A DNA stretch of 57,734 nucleotides, from assembly GCA_025774545.1 (NCBI GenBank), contig JALGVU010000002.1:1-57734 (forward strand). Direction: 5' to 3'. The position numbers and the translations under genes were made by a program. How positions within the stretch are numbered: the stretch's first letter is position 1; every line of letters begins with the position of its first letter. Of this stretch, positions 37,395 through 48,044 are shown in pieces. This DNA comes from a bacterium. GTDB lineage: Bacteria; Joyebacterota; Joyebacteria; Joyebacterales; Joyebacteraceae. The notes under the pieces are model-generated. The model was not told the DNA's origin. It did no database searches and saw nothing but the letters and a program-made list of their open reading frames with translations.

Positions 37395-39158
37395 CTACGG
37401 CAGGTCGATGTAGCCGCGCAGTCGACTCCGCCGTTTGTAGTGTCTGAGCTTCCCGATCGCCTTCTTCTCGATCTGACGGACGCGTTCGCGCGTCACTCCG
37501 AAGATCGTCCCGACCTCCTCGAGCGTCATCGGCGCCTGGTCCTTCTCGAGCCCGAACCTCAGACGGATGATCCGCTCCTCCCGCGGATCGAGCTCGGACA
37601 GAACCTCGTTGATCTCCCCCTGCAGAAGCTTGAACGACGCGTAATCCGAGGGAGACACGACCTTCGTGTCCTCCACGAAGTCGCCGAGGCTCGAGTCCTC
37701 GTCCTCGCCGATCGGGCGGTCGAGCGAGATCGGCTGCTGCGCCGCCTTCAGGATGCCCTTCACCTTGTCCTCGGACAGATCGAGCTTCGAGGCGATCTCG
37801 TCGACGGACGGGTCCCTTCCCTCCTCCTGCACCAGCTGCCGCGTCGTGCGCACGACCTTGTTGATCGCCTCGATCATGTGCACCGGCACGCGGATCGTCC
37901 TCGCCTGATCGGCGATCGCGCGCGTGATGGCCTGCCGGATCCACCACGTCGCGTACGTGGAGAACTTGTACCCCCTCGTGTAGTCGAACTTCTCGACGGC
38001 CCGCATGAGGCCCGTGTTGCCCTCCTGGATCAGATCCAGGAAGTCGAGACCCCTATGCGTGTAGCGCTTGGCGATCGAGATCACGAGTCTCACGTTGGCC
38101 TCGACCATCTCGGTCTTGGCCTGCATCGCGTTCTTCTCGCCCGTGCGGATCCTCTCGACCACGTCTCTGAGGTCGCCGGTGCAGATGCCGCACTCGCTCT
38201 CGATGCGACGGATCACCCTCTTCTTGTTGCGGACCTCGTTCGCGAGGACCGCGATCTCCTTCTTGACGACGGCCGGCGTCTTCGCCGTCCGCTTCTTCGT
38301 CGCCGTCTTGGTGGCGGTCTTCGTGGCGCCCTTCGTCGTCTTCGTCTTCCGCTTCGCGGGCCCCTTCTCGAGCCGCCTGTTGAGCGTCGCGATCTGACGC
38401 TTCAGCCCGTCGACGTCGCTCTCGTGCAGCTCGAGCTTCCCGATGAGCTCGTCGATCCGGACGCACATTCGCGTCACCTGTCTCGGGTGGAGCAAGAGCC
38501 TCGTGGTCTCGATCGTGAGGCTCTTCCGGCGTCGCTCGATGGCCTTCTTGGTCTGGGTGGCGTACTGCGGCTTCGTCTTCTTTAGCTTGTGCTCAAGCTC
38601 TCTCCTCTCCTCGTCGAGCCTGACGATCTTCTCGATCCGCCTGATGACGCGGCGGCGCTCCTCCTTGCCGGTCGCGTTCTTCCGCTTGCGGTCGACGCGC
38701 ACCGCTCGATCGAGCCTGATCTTCTCCGTCTCGAGCCGCTCCGAGAGCGTCGTGAGCCTCTTCATCGTGGTCAGCGATTCGAAGATGGCCGCGTACGCCA
38801 TGCACTCGGCCACCTCGATGCGCTTGCAGATCTCCACCTCCCCCTCGCGATTGAGGAGCTTGACCTGGCCCATCTCGCGGAGGTACATCCTCACCGGATC
38901 ATCGAAGCGGAGCCGCGGCTGCGACTTGATCCTCTTCTTCTTCTCGCGCTTGCGCCGGGCCTCCTTCGTCTTCTTGTCGACGACCTCAACGCCGATCTGC
39001 GAGAGCTCGCAGTAGATGTCATCGACCATCTCAATGTCGATGTCATCGCCGAAGAACGCGTCGAGTTCCTCGTAGGTGAGGGACCCACCCTTGCCCACGC
39101 GTCGCTTGATCGCACCGACTATCTTCTCTGCTGAGCGCTTCGCCATGCCTTCGTCCAC
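37395..39158 (-). CDS. rpoD: RNA polymerase primary sigma factor (sigma-70)
   Basis: Regions 1.2 to 4.2 are all recognisable ([11 protein letters not shown], ...[36 protein letters not shown], the RpoD box). A Lys/Thr-rich insert lies in the non-conserved region. The ATG at 39146 is an alternative start. Confidence 0.95.
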   Translation of the reverse strand: MDEGMAKRSAEKIVGAIKRRVGKGGSLTYEELDAFFGDDIDIEMVDDIYCELSQIGVEVVDKKTKEARRKREKKKRIKSQPRLRFDDPVRMYLREMGQVKLLNREGEVEICKRIEVAECMAYAAIFESLTTMKRLTTLSERLETEKIRLDRAVRVDRKRKNATGKEERRRVIRRIEKIVRLDEERRELEHKLKKTKPQYATQTKKAIERRRKSLTIETTRLLLHPRQVTRMCVRIDELIGKLELHESDVDGLKRQIATLNRRLEKGPAKRKTKTTKGATKTATKTATKKRTAKTPAVVKKEIAVLANEVRNKKRVIRRIESECGICTGDLRDVVERIRTGEKNAMQAKTEMVEANVRLVISIAKRYTHRGLDFLDLIQEGNTGLMRAVEKFDYTRGYKFSTYATWWIRQAITRAIADQARTIRVPVHMIEAINKVVRTTRQLVQEEGRDPSVDEIASKLDLSEDKVKGILKAAQQPISLDRPIGEDEDSSLGDFVEDTKVVSPSDYASFKLLQGEINEVLSELDPREERIIRLRFGLEKDQAPMTLEEVGTIFGVTRERVRQIEKKAIGKLRHYKRRSRLRGYIDLP

Positions 39159-39184
39159 GCCTCCTCAGGGAATTCGGGAAGACT

Positions 39185-41041
39185 CTAGAGCTCGACCGAC
39201 AGCTCCCTGAGCCGTCGGGCAAGCTCGTGGCGCCGAGCCACCTGAGCCAGGAGCTCGTCCTCGTCGTCCGTCATCTCAGCGGTTCGAATCCGGCGCTCGA
39301 CCGCCTTGATCTCCGTCTCGATCTTCGCTCTTCTGATGGTCCTAATATAGTCGCCCGACAGCCGTTCGCCATCCCGTCCCTCCCCCGAGGCGAGCGTCAG
39401 CTCGGTCAGAAGAGCGCCCTGACCGGCGTCCCCGAGCTCCCCCACGAGCGCCGACACGTCGACCGGGCCGCCGTCCGAGAGTTCGGGCAGAATCCGCTCC
39501 GCGATGGCTCGAAGCTCGGGGTCTGCGAAGTCGTCCGTCGTGACCAGGGAGGTCACCCTCGCGGCGCCCTCTCCCCCGGCCAGAAGCAGCGCCAGGAGGC
39601 CCCTCTCGGCCGCCCGCGTCGCCCCCGAGATCGCCCGCTCGCCCGCCTCGCCGCCGGCCTCCCCACGTGGCTCCTCCGCCGCGTCGGCCGCCCGCCTCCG
39701 TCCGGCGAGCTCCGCCGTCCGCGCCTCGAGCGCCCGCGTGATCGCGCCGCGCCCGATCGAAAGCGTCGTCGCGATCTTCTCGAGCATGAGGTCCGCGGTG
39801 ATCGGATCCTCGACGTGCGCGACGGCGTCTATGAGCGCGCGGGCCGCCTCCTCGCGCTCGTCCGGCGTCCCGACGGGGTTCGTCACGGCGTAGAAATCGA
39901 TGAAGTCGCGCGAGCTCACAAGCTCGGCCCGGAGGGCCTCGGCGCCGTGCGCTCTCACGAACGCGTCGGGATCGGAGCTGTCGGGCAGAAGCGCGACGCG
40001 CACCTTGAGGCCGAGCCGCACGAGCGTCTCCGCCGCTCGCGTGGCGGCCCCGATCCCAGCATCGTCACCGTCGAAGGCGACGAACACCTTGTCTGCGTAC
40101 CGCCTGAGCGCCCTCGCCTGCTCCCGCGTGAGCGCCGTGCCCGAAGACGCGACCGCGTTCACGAAGCCCGCCTGGTTCAGGCCGATCACGTCCATGTACC
40201 CCTCGACGAGGATGGCCTCGCGGGACGACCGGAGCGCGTGCCTCGCCTGCGAGAGGCCGTAGAGGTAGGTGCTCTTCTTGTAGACCCGCGTCTCCGGCGA
40301 GTTCAGGTACTTGGGCTCCTGGTCCCCGAGCGAGCGTCCGGCGAGGCCGACGCACCGGCCCCCGGACACGAGCAGCGGGAAGATGAGGCGGTCGCGGAAC
40401 CGATCGTAGGCTCCCCCGTCGTCCCTGCGGATGACGAGTCCCGCCTCCTCGAGCGCTGTCTGAGACAGGCCCTCCTTGCGCGCGGCCTGGAGGAGACCGT
40501 CCCACCCAGGCGGCGCGTACCCGATCTGGAACGCCTCGAGCGACTCGTCTGTGAGTCCACGGTCGCGCGCGTACGCGCGGGCCTCCGAGCCCGCGCTGCT
40601 CGCGAGACGGCGCCGGAAGTGGGCGACCGCGAAGGCGTTCGTCGCGAAGGCCGGGTCTTCCGTCTCGTCCCTGAAGCGGGCGGTCTCGGGAATGCGGATG
40701 CCGGCGCGCGAGGCGAGCTCCCGTATCGCATCGAGAAACCCAATCTTCTCGTACTCCATGAGAAACGTGATGACGTTTCCGCCCGCACCACAACCGAAGC
40801 AGTGGTAGATCTGTCGCTCCGGACTGACGTTGAACGAGGGTGTCTTCTCGCGATGAAACGGGCAGTTGGCCTTGTAGTTACTGCCCGCCTTCTTGATCTG
40901 GATGCGCTCGCCGATCACGTCGACGATGTCGTTCGCGGATCTGATGTCGTCTATGAGTTCCTGCGGGATCCTCCGCGCCAACGCTGCATCCTTTCCCAGA
41001 GATGATCGGGCCTCGCAGAGTTCCGGTCGTCGATTCGCCAC
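39185..41041 (-). CDS. dnaG: DNA primase
   Basis: Zinc finger CPFHREKTPSFNVSPERQIYHCFGCGAGG, TOPRIM block (ILVEGYMDV, ...FDGDDAG). The TTG at 40981, preceded by GGAAAGGA, is a plausible shorter start. Confidence 0.9.
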   Translation of the reverse strand: MANRRPELCEARSSLGKDAALARRIPQELIDDIRSANDIVDVIGERIQIKKAGSNYKANCPFHREKTPSFNVSPERQIYHCFGCGAGGNVITFLMEYEKIGFLDAIRELASRAGIRIPETARFRDETEDPAFATNAFAVAHFRRRLASSAGSEARAYARDRGLTDESLEAFQIGYAPPGWDGLLQAARKEGLSQTALEEAGLVIRRDDGGAYDRFRDRLIFPLLVSGGRCVGLAGRSLGDQEPKYLNSPETRVYKKSTYLYGLSQARHALRSSREAILVEGYMDVIGLNQAGFVNAVASSGTALTREQARALRRYADKVFVAFDGDDAGIGAATRAAETLVRLGLKVRVALLPDSSDPDAFVRAHGAEALRAELVSSRDFIDFYAVTNPVGTPDEREEAARALIDAVAHVEDPITADLMLEKIATTLSIGRGAITRALEARTAELAGRRRAADAAEEPRGEAGGEAGERAISGATRAAERGLLALLLAGGEGAARVTSLVTTDDFADPELRAIAERILPELSDGGPVDVSALVGELGDAGQGALLTELTLASGEGRDGERLSGDYIRTIRRAKIETEIKAVERRIRTAEMTDDEDELLAQVARRHELARRLRELSVEL

Positions 41042-41055
41042 ACCCGATGGGGCGG

Positions 41056-43443
41056 CTACTTCAGCTCGACGATCGTCACCCCCGTATCGCCTTCTCCCCA
41101 GCCGCCGAGTCTGAACGACCTGACGGACGAAAGGCCCCGGAGCACCTGATGGGTTCGCTCCCTCAGTGCGCCCGTCCCCTTTCCGTGAACGATGCGGATG
41201 GTCGAGATGTCTTGGACGAGGGCGGTGCTCACGAATCTCTCGATCTCGCTCTCCGCCTCGTCGGTCGTCATGCCCAGAAGGCGAAGCTCGACGGCCGGCG
41301 ACTCGTCCACGTCGATCGTGTACGAGACCTTGCCTCCCCGGCGCTCTGGAACCGCCGGCTCACCGTCGGCCTGCCTGAGGTCGTCCGCGTTGACCTCGAC
41401 CGTCGCGTTCTTTATCCTCACCCGGACCCTTCCGCGTCCGTCCGGGAGTTCCAGCAGCTGGCCCTCGCGACCTACACGCGCGATCCTGACCCGCATGCCG
41501 ACCTCTAGCTCGTCCGGCGGCTCGCCATCCTCGGGCGGGGCGGCCTCTCTCTGCACAGCCTCGAGCGCCCTCGCGGCCGCGTCGCGTCGCTCTCTCAGAC
41601 GCTCGCGCGCCTCCTTGATGGTCCGGCTCGCCGCCTCCTTCGCCTTGAGCTCCCTCACGGTCTTCTCGACCAGGGACTGCGCGCGATCGAGGATCTCCCG
41701 TGCTTCCGCCAGGGCCTCGGTCCGGATCTTCCGCCGCTCGTCCTTGACCCCGGCGAGCCGTTCCTCGTAGTCGCGGGCCATGAGCTTCGCCCGCTCGTGT
41801 TCCCTGACGGCGTCATCGAGCGACTCCGCGAGCCTGCGTTCGCGCTCCGTGAGATCCGCCAGGAGGCTGTCGACCTTCGCTGCGTCCTGATCGCGCAGCT
41901 CCCGGGCCCTTCCGACGACCGAGGGCGGAAGCCCCAGCGATTCCGCGATCGCGAGGGCGTGGCTCGCGCCCGGCACGCCCGGCACGAACCGGAAGCTCGG
42001 CTCGAGCGAGTCGGGATCGAAGGCCATCGAGCCGTTCGTCATGCCGCCGTGGTTGTGAACGTGGCTCTTGACGGAGCCCAGGTGCGTCGTCGCGATCGTC
42101 GGTACGCCCCTGCTCGTCAGCTCCTCCAGTATGGCGATCGCCAGACTCGCGCCCTCGTCCGGATCCGTCCCCGCGCCCATCTCGTCGATCAGGACGAGCG
42201 TCTCGGGTCCGGCGGCCTCGAGGATCTCGTCGATGACCCTGAGATGCGACGAGAACGTCGACAGGCTCTGCTCGATCGACTGCTCGTCCCCGATGTCCGC
42301 GTGCACGTCGCCGAAGACCGAGAGCTCCGTGTCCGGCGCCGCAGGCACGTGAAGCCCCGACTGCGCCATGAGTGTCAGGAGCCCGATCGTCTTGAGCGTG
42401 ACCGTCTTGCCGCCCGCGTTCGGTCCCGAGATGACGAGCGTCGTCGCGCCGTCGCCGAGCGAGAGGTCGAGAGGGATCACCTCACCCCCACCCCCGCTCA
42501 CCATCGCCTGGAGGACGGGATGCCGTCCCCCGCAGATCCGAAGCCTCCCCTCGCGGTTGAGCGAGGGTCGCGCGGAATCGAGATCGCGCGAGAGGAAGGC
42601 GGCCGCCCTGACGTAGTCGATCTCCCCGAGCGTCGCGAGCGACCGTCCGAGGTCGTCGACGCGCTCGCCGACGAGCGCGGTCAGTCCCCTCAGGATCCGG
42701 GCTATCTCCTTCTGCTCTTCCGCCGCGAGATCGGTAAGCTCGTTGTTCAGGGGAACGATCTCCATCGGCTCGATGAAGACCGTCGCCCCACTCGCGGATT
42801 GGTCGTGAACGATCCCCTTGAGCTTCGAACGCGACGCGCGTTTGACCGGCAGAACGTGACGTCCGTTCCGGATGTGGATCGCCAGTTCCTGGACCGTGTC
42901 GCCCGAGAGTCCTTCCTTCAGGATCGACTGGAGCCTGTCGTCGAGCCGGGATCGCGTGGCCTCGATCGACCGTCTGATCCTCGCGAGCTCTCTGCTCGCC
43001 GAGTCACGCACTTCGAGCGCGACCTCGTCGATCGCGCGTCCGATCGCGTCGGCGACGTCGTCGTGGGGCGTCAGCCCCTCCGCCAGCTCCCCGAGCTTGG
43101 GCCGCCTCTCACGCCGCGCCGTGAGGAAGCCGCGGACGGCTCCCACGGCCGCGAGGAACTTCCCGACGTCGACGAGTTCCTCGCACGTGAGCGTCGCACC
43201 CTCGCGCGACGCTCGTTCGAGCGCCACGCGCGCGTCCCGCGCGCCCTGAAGCGGAATGCCCTCGCCATCATCGAGGAGGCCCCTCGCCTCGCTGACCCTC
43301 TCGAGATCGTCCTCGATGGACCGCAGATCGGCGGTGGGAGCAGTTCTTAGGGCACGCTCTGTGCCTGGGCCGAACGACGTTCTCTCGACAAGCATCGTCA
43401 CGACCTTGTCGAATTCGAGAACGCCGAGCGCGTGGTCATTCAT
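41056..43443 (-). CDS. mutS2: Endonuclease MutS2 (MutS domain V ATPase plus C-terminal Smr domain)
   Basis: Walker A ISGPNAGGKTV, LIDEMGAGTDP, and a C-terminal Smr domain (IRIVHGKGTGALR). ATG at 43443 (MNDHALGVLEFDKV). Confidence 0.9.
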   Translation of the reverse strand: MNDHALGVLEFDKVVTMLVERTSFGPGTERALRTAPTADLRSIEDDLERVSEARGLLDDGEGIPLQGARDARVALERASREGATLTCEELVDVGKFLAAVGAVRGFLTARRERRPKLGELAEGLTPHDDVADAIGRAIDEVALEVRDSASRELARIRRSIEATRSRLDDRLQSILKEGLSGDTVQELAIHIRNGRHVLPVKRASRSKLKGIVHDQSASGATVFIEPMEIVPLNNELTDLAAEEQKEIARILRGLTALVGERVDDLGRSLATLGEIDYVRAAAFLSRDLDSARPSLNREGRLRICGGRHPVLQAMVSGGGGEVIPLDLSLGDGATTLVISGPNAGGKTVTLKTIGLLTLMAQSGLHVPAAPDTELSVFGDVHADIGDEQSIEQSLSTFSSHLRVIDEILEAAGPETLVLIDEMGAGTDPDEGASLAIAILEELTSRGVPTIATTHLGSVKSHVHNHGGMTNGSMAFDPDSLEPSFRFVPGVPGASHALAIAESLGLPPSVVGRARELRDQDAAKVDSLLADLTERERRLAESLDDAVREHERAKLMARDYEERLAGVKDERRKIRTEALAEAREILDRAQSLVEKTVRELKAKEAASRTIKEARERLRERRDAAARALEAVQREAAPPEDGEPPDELEVGMRVRIARVGREGQLLELPDGRGRVRVRIKNATVEVNADDLRQADGEPAVPERRGGKVSYTIDVDESPAVELRLLGMTTDEAESEIERFVSTALVQDISTIRIVHGKGTGALRERTHQVLRGLSSVRSFRLGGWGEGDTGVTIVELK

Positions 43444-43486
43444 GGCTCGCGTCCGACGCAATCGGATGGTGGACAGAGGGAGGCGG

Positions 43487-44455
43487 CTAGCCCTTGCGCT
43501 TGTGCCGCCTGAAGCCGGAGCACTCTATGACCGAGAGCTTCGTCTTCCCGGCCTTCTCCACACCGTCTATGAGGAGGTTCATTCCCAACGTGTCGCTGGC
43601 CATGTGGCCCGCGATGACGACACTGATGTGGTGCTTCTCCGCCTCCTCGCGGTGCTTCTCGGGGATGTGCATCCCCACGATCGTCCCGATGTCGGACGTG
43701 TTGGCGAGCGTCTCGAACGCCTTCTCCGAGCCGCTCGTTCCGCCGGTCATGTCGACGAAGACGCGGCCGGCCGCTCGCTTCGCGCTGCCGGCGACGATCT
43801 TGAGCCCCATGCTGTCCCGCTCGGCCTCCTCGTACTCCGGTATCGACCTCAGCACGTCGAGGACGTCGCCGACGGTGTCGGGCTTCTTCCTGTTGAAGAT
43901 CTTCTGGAGGTAGTCGGCCACGCAGTTGTCGGCGGGGGTGTGCGTGCAGATCATCGGGATTCCGAGGAGCTTCGCCGCGTCGACCGCTCTCATGTGATTG
44001 CCGGGCAGGACGCGGCGCTCGACCTCCTTGATCCTCGGCTCGAGGAGGCCCTGCGCCGCGTTGATGGGCACGCCGAATCCGCTCAGGATGTCGGCCTGCA
44101 TCGCCATGACGTCGCCGAGTCGGGCGACGCCGGCGCCCTTCGGATGGTGCGCCCAGATGAGATCGACGCGCCCGCCCCTCTCCCTGAGCCTGTCGGCCAG
44201 GAGAATCTCCCCCACGTCCATGTCGATCCCGACGAGCGCTCCCCTCACGTCCGCGTCATCACCGCCGTAGAGGATCCGCGAATCGGAGTACGGGTTGGTC
44301 AGACGCTCGGTGTCGAACCGCTTCTTCGCATCGTCCTTCAGGTCCTCGTAGGCGGCGCTGACCTTCTTGAGTTCCTTGCGGACCTTGGCCTTGCCCCGCG
44401 GATCGACGGAGACGCCGTGCGCGATCGCGGCGTCGAACAGTCTCTTGAGCTTCAT
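43487..44455 (-). CDS. NIF3-family (GTP cyclohydrolase I type 2 homologue / DUF34) dinuclear-metal protein
   Basis: LIWAHHP, ...ICTHTPADN and VIAGHMASD metal-ligand-like blocks in the NIF3 order. 322 aa. Confidence 0.75.
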   Translation of the reverse strand: MKLKRLFDAAIAHGVSVDPRGKAKVRKELKKVSAAYEDLKDDAKKRFDTERLTNPYSDSRILYGGDDADVRGALVGIDMDVGEILLADRLRERGGRVDLIWAHHPKGAGVARLGDVMAMQADILSGFGVPINAAQGLLEPRIKEVERRVLPGNHMRAVDAAKLLGIPMICTHTPADNCVADYLQKIFNRKKPDTVGDVLDVLRSIPEYEEAERDSMGLKIVAGSAKRAAGRVFVDMTGGTSGSEKAFETLANTSDIGTIVGMHIPEKHREEAEKHHISVVIAGHMASDTLGMNLLIDGVEKAGKTKLSVIECSGFRRHKRKG

Positions 44456-44519
44456 CCCACCCTCCAGCAGATATCGGAAGAGGCCCCAACGTCTGTGACG
44501 GGGAGCCTCGCGCGGCGGA

Positions 44520-44978
44520 TCACTCGTCGTCCGTTCCGGCGAGACGCGACTGAACGAGCTCCTTGACCTTCTTGCCGTCGGCCCTGCCCTTCGCCTTCGG
44601 CATGACGGCCTTCATCACGTTGCCCACATCGCGCGGCACCGAGGCGCCGGTCTCGGCGATCGCCTCGTCGACGAGCGCCGAGATCTCCTCCTCGGTCAGC
44701 TGCTCTGGAAGGTACTCCTCCACGACCGCGAGCGCGCTCCGTTCTTTCTGCACCAGATCGTCGCGCCCGGCCGGACCGAATTGGTCGATCGCCTCGCGGT
44801 GCCTCTTCGCCAGCCTCGACAGAACCTCGATCAGGTCGTCGTCGTCGAGGTCGCGTCCGACTTCGATCTGCCGGTTCTTGGCTTCGGAACGCACGTATCT
44901 GATGACACCGAGGCGGTCTGCCTCGCGCGCCTTCACGGCCCGCACCATATCGCGCTCGAGACGCTCCATGATGCTCAT
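44520..44978 (-). CDS. yqeY: GatB/YqeY-domain protein
   Basis: 152 aa: ...MVRAVKAREADRLGVIRYVRSEAKN..., ...VMKAVMPKAKGRADGKKVKELV. It lies immediately downstream of rpsU, as in Bacillus. Confidence 0.85.
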   Translation of the reverse strand: MSIMERLERDMVRAVKAREADRLGVIRYVRSEAKNRQIEVGRDLDDDDLIEVLSRLAKRHREAIDQFGPAGRDDLVQKERSALAVVEEYLPEQLTEEEISALVDEAIAETGASVPRDVGNVMKAVMPKAKGRADGKKVKELVQSRLAGTDDE

Positions 44979-45005
44979 CGTAGAATCCCCGGAACCCCGG
45001 TTCGA

Positions 45006-45209
45006 CTACCTTCTCTTCGCCTGCTTGATCTTGAGCTTCCTGAGCTTCCGCTTCGCGGCGCTTCTCTTCCTCTTCTTGCGCTCGCTCGGCTTCTCGAAGT
45101 GCTGGTGTTTCCTGAGATCGGACAACACGCCAGCCTTCTCACACCGCTTCTTGAAGCGGCGCAGCGCCCGCTCGAAGGACTCTCCGTCCTTGACTCGGAC
45201 TCCCGGCAT
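45006..45209 (-). CDS. rpsU: 30S ribosomal protein S21
   Basis: 67 aa: [48 protein letters not shown].... Confidence 0.95.
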   Translation of the reverse strand: MPGVRVKDGESFERALRRFKKRCEKAGVLSDLRKHQHFEKPSERKKRKRSAAKRKLRKLKIKQAKRR

Positions 45210-45340
45210 TAACTTCCCACCCCCTCCCGGGTTCGCCGGACACGCTGACTCTCGACAGCAATAGTCGCCCCCTCACACACCACGCGCGCGCGAAGGTCGC
45301 GCGCCGCGCCGTGGGGGAAGCGATCTTCCGATGACTGATC

Positions 45341-45369
45341 ATGGTATCCAGACATGGTGTGATTGTCAA
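45341..45369 (-). promoter_or_regulatory. Sigma70-type promoter of the rpsU-...-rpoD cluster
   Basis: Minus strand reads TTGACA (45369-45364), N17, TACCAT (45346-45341), about 125 nt upstream of the rpsU ATG. Confidence 0.6.
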
Positions 45370-45581
45370 CCGCTTTCTGGAGTGTGTGTCTGAGCCACGC
45401 ATGTCTGTCCTTCGCCCCCGTTCTCGGGCGACGCGGAGGCTGGGCGTCCTCGACTCCGCAAGTCCGTCGCCGCCGCCCTGCCACCCCGCCCCATCGGTTA
45501 GGACCTTGCGCCGTCCCCCGAACCCTGGTAAGAGAGAGGATGAACCCCAATCAGACCCATCCACACGCGAGGAGGGAATCC

Positions 45582-47990
45582 ATGTGCTCCCCCGAGCAGA
45601 GACGCCCGTCTCGGCACGCCCCCGGCCCCCGGCACGCCCCCCACCCTCGCCGTCCCCTGGTCCTCGAACGCATCGTCCTCGTGCTCATCCGGGCCACCAT
45701 CGGACTGATGCTGGTCGCCCTCGGCGTCCCCATCCCCGCGGCCGCCCAGGACTGGTCGGGCGGCTTCCGGTGTGTCGACTTCGAGCAGATGACGCCCCTC
45801 TGGGCGCTGACGTCGTCGCGAACCGAGGCTCTCGGATCCTGGGACGTGACCCCCACTCCCATCGCGACCGACGGCGCCGTCATCGTGTACCGCCCGTCCA
45901 AGCGCTCGGCCGTGCAGTGCACACGCCTCGTCGACCACGAGCCACTGTGGATCTTCGAAACCGGGGGCGACGTCAACGCCCGCCCGGTGATCCACGACGG
46001 CGTCGTCTACGTCGGCAGCGACAGCGGGTACCTCTACGCCATCGACGAGCGCACCGGCGAGCTTCTCTGGACGTTCGACGCGCGGCGCGAGGCGACGACG
46101 ACGGAGAAGGCCATGGAGGCCGGGGGGTCGCTCTTCGGCGGCCTGAAGAGTCTGACCAAGGCGATCGAGGCGGGGAAGTCGCTCGCCGAGAAGGAGACGC
46201 TCCCGAACGAGCTCTGGACGTCTCCCGCGATCGCGGGAGACGTGCTCGTGCTCTACGTGCCGCGAGAGCGCTTCGTGGGACTCAATCGTCTGACGGGCGA
46301 GATGCTCTGGGACACCGAGTTCATGGAGAAGTCCGACTCGCCGATCTCATCCTGGCTTCCGCCCGAGGCGCGCCGCATTCCGATCGACGCCCTCGTCTCC
46401 GACGGCCGTGACGTCTACTTCACGCTCGGCGGCGCCGTCGTGCGCATCGACGCCGCGACGGGCGCGTACGGCCTTCCCCGGACCACGGAGGGCGTCGATG
46501 AGCAGGCGGGAGGCAAGGTCGCCCCGAGATGGGACATCGATGTCGGGGGCGACCGAATCGTGGTGTCGCTTCACACCGACGGCCTCGTCGCGGTGGGGAA
46601 GCGCGATGATGGCGAGCTCTGGCGCCTCGATCCGCTGCCGATCGAGGGCAGCTACGGAGACCTCGCCATCGACGGGAGCGACGGGTTCGTGATCGTCCAG
46701 GGCCGCGGCGTCGTGGCGTTCGACGCGACCGACGGCACAGCGCGCTGGACACGGACGGTCGAGAACGCGCACGACGTCTGGATCGGGCAGGAGAACGTCT
46801 ACGTGATCGCGTCGGGCAAGCACGTGACCGCGCTCGGCCGCGTGAACGGAGCGCAGGTCTGGGAGAGGGACTTCGCGTACGCTCACGTGTCGGAGCTCCT
46901 CGAGTGCCGCGGCGCGCTCATCTTCGGCAAGGGAGTGGACGGCGACAACCTCGTCATCCTCTCGTCGGAGCCGCGCGCGGTGTGGGCCGCGATCACGAAC
47001 ACGCAGGCCCAACAGCCGGATCAACCCGGCGCTGTCGTGAGGAAGATCCTCGGACAGGGCTACCCGATCTACCACATCGGGACGGAACAGGCGACGTGGG
47101 GTCTGTTCACGACGGAGGCGGGGCGCGAGCTCGCGCGCTTCGATTTCGATGGTCCCCACACGCGCTGCGACAGGTGGCATCTGCAACTGCAGGAGGCCGA
47201 GGCAAACAGCGCCACGGTTCACGTCAACGCCCGCCGGATCGCGGAGACCGACGAGGGCCGGGAACGCGTGTTGACCGACCCCCTGTGGGAGGACATCCCC
47301 TACCGCCTGGTCTTCGACGGAGGGAGTTGGCTCATCGCATCGCCTCTCCCGGCGCCGTGCCGCATCGGAACTCAGGAGTGCATCCCTCTCTTCGACGACA
47401 CGTCCGGCGTGGAACGCCACCCCTCCGGTCCCACGCGAACCGACTGGCCCGTCACGATGATGCCCGGCGACCACTGGGCATTCGATGTCGAGCTCACGGG
47501 CCAGATCGGTGGAGCTCCGACCCCGACGCGGGGCGAAGGGCACATCATCGTGGAGACGCCGGACCCCTCGGTCTACGGCAGCGAGTGGAAGTGGATGCTC
47601 AGGCAGACGTACTGGGCCCCGGAGCCCCACGCGCTCTCCGAGGAGTATCCGAGGCTCGCGTTTCTGGGAACCGCCAGCTTCATGACGATTCGAGATGGCA
47701 CACTCCGACTCGAGAGCACCATGCATCTCGGCAGGAGGACGTTCACACTGCCCCTCCCTCTCGAGGACGGGTACGTCGCTCACTCCCCGGAGGGCTACAC
47801 CACGACCGTCGCGGTCTCAGAGCATCCCGAGCATGGGCGCGTGGCCGCCGTGACGATCACGGAGGAGGACTCGCGAAGGCAGCTGCGGTTCGAGCTGTCG
47901 CCGCGCACGGGGATCGTATCGTGGGGGTTCGACGAGGAGCTCGGCGAGCTCAAGTGGAGATGGTCGCTCTCAGAGTCGCGGGCCTGGTGA
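45582..47990 (+). CDS. Membrane-anchored or secreted PQQ/BamB-like beta-propeller repeat protein with an uncharacterised ~350-aa C-terminal region (802 aa)
   Basis: GGAGGG-N6-ATG at 45582. TM/signal segment IVLVLIRATIGLMLVALGVPIPAAAQ. Repeated '...VYVGSDSGYLYAIDERTGELLWTF'-type blades. The ORF-track start at 45363 has no RBS. Confidence 0.75.
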   Translation: MCSPEQRRPSRHAPGPRHAPHPRRPLVLERIVLVLIRATIGLMLVALGVPIPAAAQDWSGGFRCVDFEQMTPLWALTSSRTEALGSWDVTPTPIATDGAVIVYRPSKRSAVQCTRLVDHEPLWIFETGGDVNARPVIHDGVVYVGSDSGYLYAIDERTGELLWTFDARREATTTEKAMEAGGSLFGGLKSLTKAIEAGKSLAEKETLPNELWTSPAIAGDVLVLYVPRERFVGLNRLTGEMLWDTEFMEKSDSPISSWLPPEARRIPIDALVSDGRDVYFTLGGAVVRIDAATGAYGLPRTTEGVDEQAGGKVAPRWDIDVGGDRIVVSLHTDGLVAVGKRDDGELWRLDPLPIEGSYGDLAIDGSDGFVIVQGRGVVAFDATDGTARWTRTVENAHDVWIGQENVYVIASGKHVTALGRVNGAQVWERDFAYAHVSELLECRGALIFGKGVDGDNLVILSSEPRAVWAAITNTQAQQPDQPGAVVRKILGQGYPIYHIGTEQATWGLFTTEAGRELARFDFDGPHTRCDRWHLQLQEAEANSATVHVNARRIAETDEGRERVLTDPLWEDIPYRLVFDGGSWLIASPLPAPCRIGTQECIPLFDDTSGVERHPSGPTRTDWPVTMMPGDHWAFDVELTGQIGGAPTPTRGEGHIIVETPDPSVYGSEWKWMLRQTYWAPEPHALSEEYPRLAFLGTASFMTIRDGTLRLESTMHLGRRTFTLPLPLEDGYVAHSPEGYTTTVAVSEHPEHGRVAAVTITEEDSRRQLRFELSPRTGIVSWGFDEELGELKWRWSLSESRAW

Positions 47991-48044
47991 CGCGCGATCT
48001 TGTCGTGAGGGAATCCGTGGTCGCGCCGATCCGAACGTGAGAGC

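Noticed and set aside
45363-45581. Upstream starts (45363, 45540) for the PQQ-propeller gene
   Set aside because: Neither has a usable RBS (none at 45363, zero spacing at 45540), and the extra residues are Arg/Pro-rich. The ATG at 45582 has GGAGGG-N6. The N-terminus is still uncertain.
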